Positions 56,888 through 64,000 of a stretch of DNA of 64,000 nt are shown in pieces. The position numbers were made by a program, and so were the translations under genes. Numbering within the stretch: the first letter of the stretch is position 1; each line of letters starts with the position of its first letter. The stretch covers positions 124,372,001 to 124,436,000 of the forward strand of contig OZ024742.1 of assembly GCA_964016885.1 (NCBI GenBank). Reading direction: 5' to 3'. The notes under the pieces are model-generated. The model saw only the letters and a list, made by a program, of their open reading frames with translations, did not search any database and was not told the origin of the DNA. The stretch is from Eledone cirrhosa (Eukaryota).

Positions 56888-59800
56888 TTATACTTCTCTT
56901 AGGTCAATGTTGTTTGTTTGGGTGTTGTTGTTGTTCCACTCATTCTTTCTGTTTAGCTTTGGTCTTCTAATTTCTATTTCACTGGCCTCTCTGATTTGCC
57001 TATCTGCTGGGTCATTCCTATGTTTAGATATTATTCTAATTTCTATGTTGTCTATGTTACCGTCATGTTGTTGTCTAGCATGTTCGTATAGTACTGACCC
57101 GTTTGTTCGTCCTTTTAGTTCCCCCCAGTGTTGGTCTATCCTTTCACCTATGCTACGAGCTGTCTCACCTATGTATGTTGTTGTCATGTTTCTGCAAGTA
57201 CCCTCTGTACATCTTATGCTATAGACTACGTTTCTAGTTTTACAGTTTATCCGGGGGTTCACCTTACATATGATACATTTCCTATTGGTACAGTGGGTTT
57301 TCTTAAAAGGGTAGGTTTTGCTGATCAGGATTTTATGATGGTTCCTGGCTTTTCTACCACCTTTATTTTTAAGTGGGTCTTTCTCAGGGCCTTTCTACAC
57401 TGGTTAGCTAATTTCCCTCCAGGGGTGGCGTCCACAAACCTAACACTCTGATATCTCTGGTTGTCGTACCATGATGTGGCCTTCCCTATCTTATGTCTAG
57501 CCCTATCTAAGCTATTCCATGATTTGCTCCTGTATAGTGGGCAAATTCCTTCATGTCCAGTTCTATGAGGGTCTTATACTTTTCGATGGCTCCTTCGTAT
57601 ACTCTGACTCTGTCTCTTTGGTTGTAGCCAGAGAACTGCATGCGGTTGATGAAGTGTTGGATGTGTCTTTCCATTTCTGTTGGGTCGCACATGCTGGACA
57701 CATTCTTCATTACTCGTACCAAATCTGCGATCAGAATATTAAACTTAGCACTACTGGACATTGCTGAGTTTTTGAGTATCAGGTATTTGGAGGCCATGGG
57801 TTTAGCATGGTGTGAGTGGAGAATTTGGGCTCTCTCGTCTATAGTGTTAATCCAGAGTTCTGTGTCTAATACAGGTAGTCTATTGTTAGGGTGTTTGGAA
57901 GGGAAGTCGATAGTTACAGTTATATTCTGGTGTATGGAATTAGCTAGCTGCTGGATGCTTTCCATCGTGCTACGTTCTAAATCAAACTTGTTAGTGCTCT
58001 CTAGTGAGGGTGTTCTTATAACTATATTGATATCGTCTACATAACGAGAGTACATGATGAGGTCTATGGAGCTTTCATTAAGGAGACTTTAAGTCTCCTT
58101 TCCCACCATACCATGAAAAGGTTGGCAACATCACCAGCTATGCTGACGCCGATGGCTGCTCCCTCATTTTGGGTGTAGATTTTCTCATTGAACTTAAATA
58201 TGTGGCCCTTTAGGGTAGTTTTGATACTAGCCCCTATTGCATGTGCGACCATTTTTCTTACCTGATCAGTTTTTTGGGGGGTCCGTATAGCTTTGATCCA
58301 CCCAATCCACCTTCCTATGGGAGTCTTTTTTGCCATTGAGGTTATGGTGGGGGGTCTACCTCTTATAAGTCTACTAGGGCAGAAACATCTAAGGTCATGG
58401 CTGTCTAGGTAGTCAGTGTCGTAGGTAAGTCTAAGTAGGAGGCCCAGTTCGTCTGTGTCGACGTCGCAGAACTCCACCTCACTCTCAATGATCATTTCCA
58501 CACATCTTTTCACAGCAAAATTAATGTTAATGGATGGGTACAGTGACACCACATCCATGCTGCCTATTATGCAGTTGGATAGCCTCCTGTTTTTGTTGCA
58601 CTCACTGATTCTGCTGCGGAGGTCCTCTGTACTTTCACATACATCTGGGGACATCTTGATTATGGGGCGTATAACCATTGAGAGGAAGTAGGAGATCCTG
58701 TAGTTGCTAGCTATATTAGCTCCGCATACGGGTCTTGTTGGTGGTCCTGTTGTCGGGTCGTCGACTGTCTTGTGGTCTTTGCGGAGCCCATACAAGGGTG
58801 GTATGCCATTGTTAGACGCCTGGAAGTTGTTGGCAGTGCGTCTGCTTGGCTTTAGGATGTCAGTCCACATCATCATGTGAGCGTTGAGGATTTTTTCTCT
58901 CCCATCGTGTGTTTGTTGTGCAACTTCGCTCGTGTTGGTGATGTGGGGTTGTATAGCCTCGATGTAGTTCGGCATGCTATCTATTGACATCCTACCAGAC
59001 TTATCTGTGGGTAGACACACTACCTCACCATCCCTTGTGCGCTGCTTGAGGCTAACCAAGCCTTCTACAGGTTTTCTCCCAAGTTGTTGGGCATCTGGTC
59101 TGCTCTGTCTCATAGTATACCTGTCTACTACTTGTCTAATCTTATTTCTAGCTGTGGTGAACTGTGCCTCCGTCTCGTCATCTATTTGCTGTCGTATGCA
59201 AACTCTTTTATTAAAGGGTAACCTCGTAGGATAGATATTACCCATCTTATATGTTTTGTCAGCTGGGTTGAAAAATAGTTTCTCTAAGGGGTTGTCATTA
59301 TATCTATCGTCATAGTTGTGTGTGTTGCTATTATTGTTATCATGGTGGTTGTTGTTGTTTCTATCATTAGCATTATTATTATTGTTATGATTGCTAGATG
59401 TATTGTTGTTTACTTCACCGTTATTGTTGTTGTTGTTACTGTTATTTCTACCATTGTGGTTGTTACTATTATTATGTTTCTTGTTTTTGTTGATGTTGCT
59501 ACATGTACTATTTCCATTATTACCACTGTGGTTATTGTTGTTGTTGTTCGTATTGTTACCGTTATTACTACTGTGGTCACTGTTGCTGTGTCTGTGGTTA
59601 ACGTTTCTATTATTATTATTATTGTGGTTGTTGTTGTTCCGTCTATCGCTAGTAGTATTGCCATTATCACTATTTCTCACTTTCCTGCCATTGTTATGGT
59701 TATGGCTGTTATTTCTATACCCAGAGTTATTGTTTATATTACTACTACCGTTATTATTGTTGTTGTTGTTTACCTTTGCATTCCGACGTATTTTTGTGAA

Positions 59801-60376
59801 ACACTTTTCCAGCCCCGTTTTGCATTCCATAGGGTTAATCTTTTTGTAGATGGCAAATTTTGGTGGTAACCGTAGGATTTGTTGTTCTTGTTCACTGATT
59901 AAAATGTTCCCATATATATTTACTGTGTGGTCATTGGTAAATTCTTCCGGTAGTTTTACATCAGTCATACGGATATTGTCGATGTTATCTGGGTATTTTT
60001 GAGAATATTCGATTTTCCTTTCTTGTAGTTTTTTCTTATTCATCCATTCTAATTTCTTCTTGAAATGCCTATAGCATTCGTTTCGAGCGTATTTCGTTTC
60101 GCGTCGGATGACGCTCATGAAGTCATCTCTCTCGTTTGCTGTGATGAGATTTCGGATTTCCTTACAGTTGATGCGTTTTTGTCTGTAGAGTGCGTTGACT
60201 TTTGTATATGTTGTTCTTTTCATATTAACTGTCATTGTGTGTTTTAGCCGTTCGGCTTGTGTTTTGTTCAATAATAAATTATTTACTTGTTTTGATATGT
60301 TTGTTGTGTATGTTTTGGAGGAAACACAGTGTTTTAAGAAGCGGATTTGTTCTGTTGTTATTGTAGTTTTTATATA
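56888..60376 (-). pseudogene. PLE RT + Cys linker + GIY-YIG with three frameshifts (~58085, ~57555, ~57330); 5'-truncated
   Basis: TDKSG, LYGLRKDHK, TRPVCG, GSMDVVSLYPSI, YTQNEGAAIG, RYVDD, CTNRKCIIC..C, NVVYSIRC..C..YIGETARS..ER..H, RQIREA..LNRKNEW. Confidence 0.9.
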
Positions 60377-60433
60377 ACATACAACACAACAGGAGGAAAA
60401 ACATACAACACAACAGGAGGAAAAAAATATAAC

Positions 60434-60474
60434 ACCACTGACGATGTTGCAGATGTGCAACGAAAGATTTATGT
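60434..60474 (+). ncRNA. Hammerhead motif in the inverted Naiad pLTR
   Basis: Same motif as 56587-56627. Confidence 0.62.
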
Positions 60475-60678
60475 AAATTATGTAAACTATATATATGTAT
60501 TTGTGTCTATATTGTATCTATTATTTTTGACCGTCGGTCAGTCAATGGCAACATTGAGGACCGAGTAAGTTAGATCGCAGATATAAAAGACAGCGAGAAG
60601 CGAAAACCAACCAAACAGTGAGTGTGTTCTGTTATTAATTCTTGCAATATTACGCAAATATGACCCTCCCAAGTATAT

Positions 60679-60719
<41 letters not shown>

Positions 60720-60722
<3 letters not shown>

Positions 60723-61610
60723 TATAGAGTAAAGCATGTCCAGAGATTATTTGATAATATATATAAATCATCTCTACTCCCAATCAGCATAATTAACCAC
60801 ACAAAAAAATCAATTAGACAAGGCTATAAGAATATAGAGCATCTATGAAGAAATAGTAAATAAATACGCTATTGTGGCGTTTCCGTGTGCAGTCGCTATA
60901 GAATATTTGCCCAACATTTCAACAGCACGTGGACATTAATTAAATAACCATACATAATTAGGTACATACATAATTAGGTAAAAATTAATGTTAGAAATTC
61001 TTATATACATACCAGTATTAAATCACTAAATCCCGACCCTAGGGTTTCGCTCACTTTTGAGATGCCTTATTAAGATTAATACTGGAGTTTTAGAGCTCTT
61101 CAGCGGATAAACTCATTAGGACATATTACTTTCCAAAGTGGCCCCCGCCAAACACGAATTCAAAATGGTCAACTCAGGAATTCAAAATGGCAGTGGTCAA
61201 CTCAGGAAGGGTGTGATTGGTTGCTTACGACGAGTGGGTTGGTTGCTAGAAAGCGCAGCCCAATATCGCCCAAATTTTTATCTCAAACTTATGGGAGATT
61301 ATTAAATATAAACATTTACACATACACCAATTAAACAAAGTCACTTGTATATATGTGTTTTGGCAACTTTTCACGATGAGGCTCAATGGAGAATTAATAA
61401 ATTAAATAATCAGAGCAAAATACTATAGAGTAAAGCATGTCCAAAGAATTATTTGATAATAGATATACATCATCTCTACTCCCAATCAGCATAATTAACC
61501 ACACAAAAAATCAATTAGACCAGGCTATAAGAATAAAAGGCATCTATTTAATTTATCAATTCTCCATTGAGCCACATCGTGAAAATTTGCCAAAACACAT
61601 ATATACGTAT
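60720..61610. repeat. Family d copy plus a partial duplicate (61421-61545) enclosed by ~60-bp inverted repeats
   Basis: 60720-60845 ~ 61421-61545; 61347-61408 is inverted at 61545-61606. Confidence 0.72.
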
Positions 61611-63133
61611 CCAATAATACAGGGAAATCATCGCTCACTGTCGGAAAACCCACCTCTTCAAAGACGGAGTAGCCTGAGCAAGGAAGTCTACATCTTCAGA
61701 CCTGTTCGACGTCTTCATGGGATCGTTTGACAGCGCTGACGTATTTAACTTGGTTGGCCTTTTTATCTTAGACATACTACGTGTTAGATTCCCGGAATTC
61801 CACACGGGAATCTACCGTCACGATGGACTGATTTTATCGAGCCATAAAAGTGGTCACGACCGGTTTAAAAAAGACTTAGCTTCTACCATCAATGAGATGG
61901 GCCTTAGGATAACAGTAGCCAGCAACCTCTCTAGCATAGATTTCTTAGACATTAATTTAGACCTTCGCACACCCACCCACAGACCCTTCCATAAGCTAAA
62001 CGAGAAACTTAGTTACATTCACAATGACTCATGCCACCCACCCACTGTTTTTAGAAACTCCGTTAAGAATATCAGTACTAGAATATCAAACCTCTCCTCT
62101 AATAAGGCTATCTTTGACAGGGCGGCAACCTCCTATAATACGGCGTTGGCTAACAGTGGCTTCGCACAACCTATAACCTACTCTCCCACTAGCAACAACA
62201 CCATTAAGAAAAGTAAGCGCATCAATAGACAAACTATCTGGTTCTCTCCTCCATTCTCACTCAACGTTAAAACCAATGTAGGAAAAAATATCTAGCCCTC
62301 TTAGATAGACACTTCCCCATAGTTCATAAATACCGCTCCATCTTTAACCGACACAAAGTTAAATTAGAATAATCCTGCGATAAGAACATGAAGGCCCACA
62401 TCACCAGCTCCCTAGGAGCAACACCCCACCAGGGTGCTCTTGCTGTAAGCATGAAGCTTGCCCCCTTCAACAGCAATGCAACACACCAGCTGTAATCTAT
62501 GAAGCTGTGGTCACTCCCAACCGACCAAACGAACCACAGGAGCTCAAGTCGTATGTGGGCATGGCGGAGGGCCGATTCAAGGAGCGTTTCCTGAACCATC
62601 AGTCTACCTTCAGATACCTGGACAGACGTTCATCCACGAAACTCGCGAGCCACGTATGGTCCCTCAAGGACTCAAGTATAGGCTACTCCATTCAATGGAA
62701 AGCCATCACTAAGTCCAAGCCATACGCAAGGTGAAATCCGACGTATGGCTTATGTATCGACGAACGAATAACTATCCTAAAGAGATTACGCAATAGTGAT
62801 TGCCTAAACACGAGAGGTGAATTTTTCACACGTTGTCCACACGTTACCAAACATCTATTGCATAACTACAAGGGTTCGGACTGATTCTTTGTAATTTTAT
62901 TTTAAATTTTTTACATTTTATTTTCAACCTAAAAACTTTCCGGACTTTCGCAGTTATCTCTCTTACACATCCCGCACGCAGTCTAGTATTGCCTGTTTGA
63001 AGTTACCGAATTTCTGCGTATGCGCCTTCGTACGGTTGTCTTTCTGTTCCTGTAACCATACATACCCCGAGCTGAAGATCCGCGAATGTGAAACAATTGT
63101 TCTCGGTATGCTGAACTAACTGTTCTGTAACCA

Positions 63134-63137
<4 letters not shown>
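61610..63137 (+). mobile_element. 5'-truncated Nematis-like PLE (RT core, GIY-YIG, pLTR)
   Basis: MGSFDSADVFNLVGLFIL..GIYRHDGL, FLDINLDL, WFSPPFS; YVGMAEGRFKERFLNH; CLNTRGE..RCPH; ends at (TA)n. Confidence 0.88.
63061..63110 (+). ncRNA. Hammerhead ribozyme motif in pLTR
   Basis: catac..cgag-CTGAAGA-tccgcgaatgt-GAAA-CAATTGT-T-ctcggtatg. Confidence 0.7.
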
Positions 63138-63168
<31 letters not shown>

Positions 63169-63177
<9 letters not shown>

Positions 63178-63469
63178 CAAGTTCTAGCAAATAGAGAAAA
63201 AGTTTTTAAATAATTGGTCCCTTCTCAATAGAAATCCGCTTGGATTTTCCGTTTATTCTGGACCATGAAACTGTGGTAAAGGCACATATAGTAAGTACTG
63301 CAAATTTTTAAAAATATATTTTAAAACTTTTTCTCTATTTGCTAGACCTTGATTTTATATGTTCTCGCTTGTTAATTTATTAACCCGCCATAGAACCACA
63401 TTGGCATACGGTTGATAATACTTGTTCCCCTACATGTATTTTTTACACGTAGGAATTTACACGTAGGAA

Positions 63470-63472
<3 letters not shown>
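63169..63472. mobile_element. Short element with ~42-bp inverted repeats plus a ~110-bp tail, in (TA)n
   Basis: 63169-63210 is inverted at 63319-63360. Confidence 0.65.
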
Positions 63473-63543
<71 letters not shown>

Positions 63544-64000
63544 TATATAATATTACAGGAGGTAAAACAAAATGTTGAATTTCGGTAATTATTTATTTCT
63601 GCAGTCACATTTAGTGCCCCCTTAGGTGCAAATCGCGTAATAGATGCATACCAACGAAAAGGAGGAAAACTCCAAGGAAACATGCAAAGGAAAACACAAT
63701 GAAAAATAAAAAGAAGATAAAATGTGTTTATGTTTTTGTTTTTAACTCACAGACGAACGAAGCAGCATGTTCCTATTTTACCTCGCCGTCTCTGAATGAA
63801 TTATCTTTTATGTTAGTTTGCTAAGCGGGTTAGGGAAAGTATAGCCTACTGCGCGAATTACTACTGCTTCTCAATGCTAATAAACTTTGGATAGTAGGCC
63901 AGAGAAGGGTGAAGAATATCGAGTCACAGAGAATTGTAAGCTGCCTGGGTTACGCTAACGTCTATAAACATACAGGCAGAATATGACAGGCAGTGGGTGG

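Noticed and set aside
56888-60460. Selenocysteine recoding, as reported for some Naiad PLEs
   Set aside because: Cys positions use normal codons. The only TGA met (~57326) is explained by a frameshift, and no convincing SECIS was seen.
60377-60460. N-terminus MHICNIVSG..CCVVC of the 798-aa ORF
   Set aside because: It is read from the inverted pLTR and its 24-bp duplication, not the true start

Overview
This is AT-rich, microsatellite-dense eukaryotic DNA with no recognisable host gene. The SINE and the (TA)n/(CA)n load resemble an octopus or other cephalopod genome (inference). Almost everything identifiable is a retroelement sitting in a microsatellite. (1) Two (TAA)n clusters (1-5153 and 20772-27680) hold R4/Dong-clade RLE elements, Tx1/L1-clade elements and a tRNA-derived SINE, in a strict opposite-orientation pattern. 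(2) Many Penelope-like elements (PLEs) and derivatives lie in (TA)n: a near-complete Naiad-type element, two YRDD-type (Nematis-like) elements, and several short inverted-repeat remnants. (3) There are RTE and CRE-like LINE fragments. The most striking structure is at 32893-35404: two paralogous ~470-bp non-coding units in tandem, arranged head-to-head (468 bp x2 on the minus strand, 472 bp x3 on the plus strand). Each unit carries an apparently intact type I hammerhead ribozyme with covarying stems, i.e. a retrozyme-like / candidate circRNA system. At least 12 hammerhead or hammerhead-variant motifs can be read across the window. Most ORFs in the supplied track are microsatellite artefacts. 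Boundaries were set by eye and are approximate.
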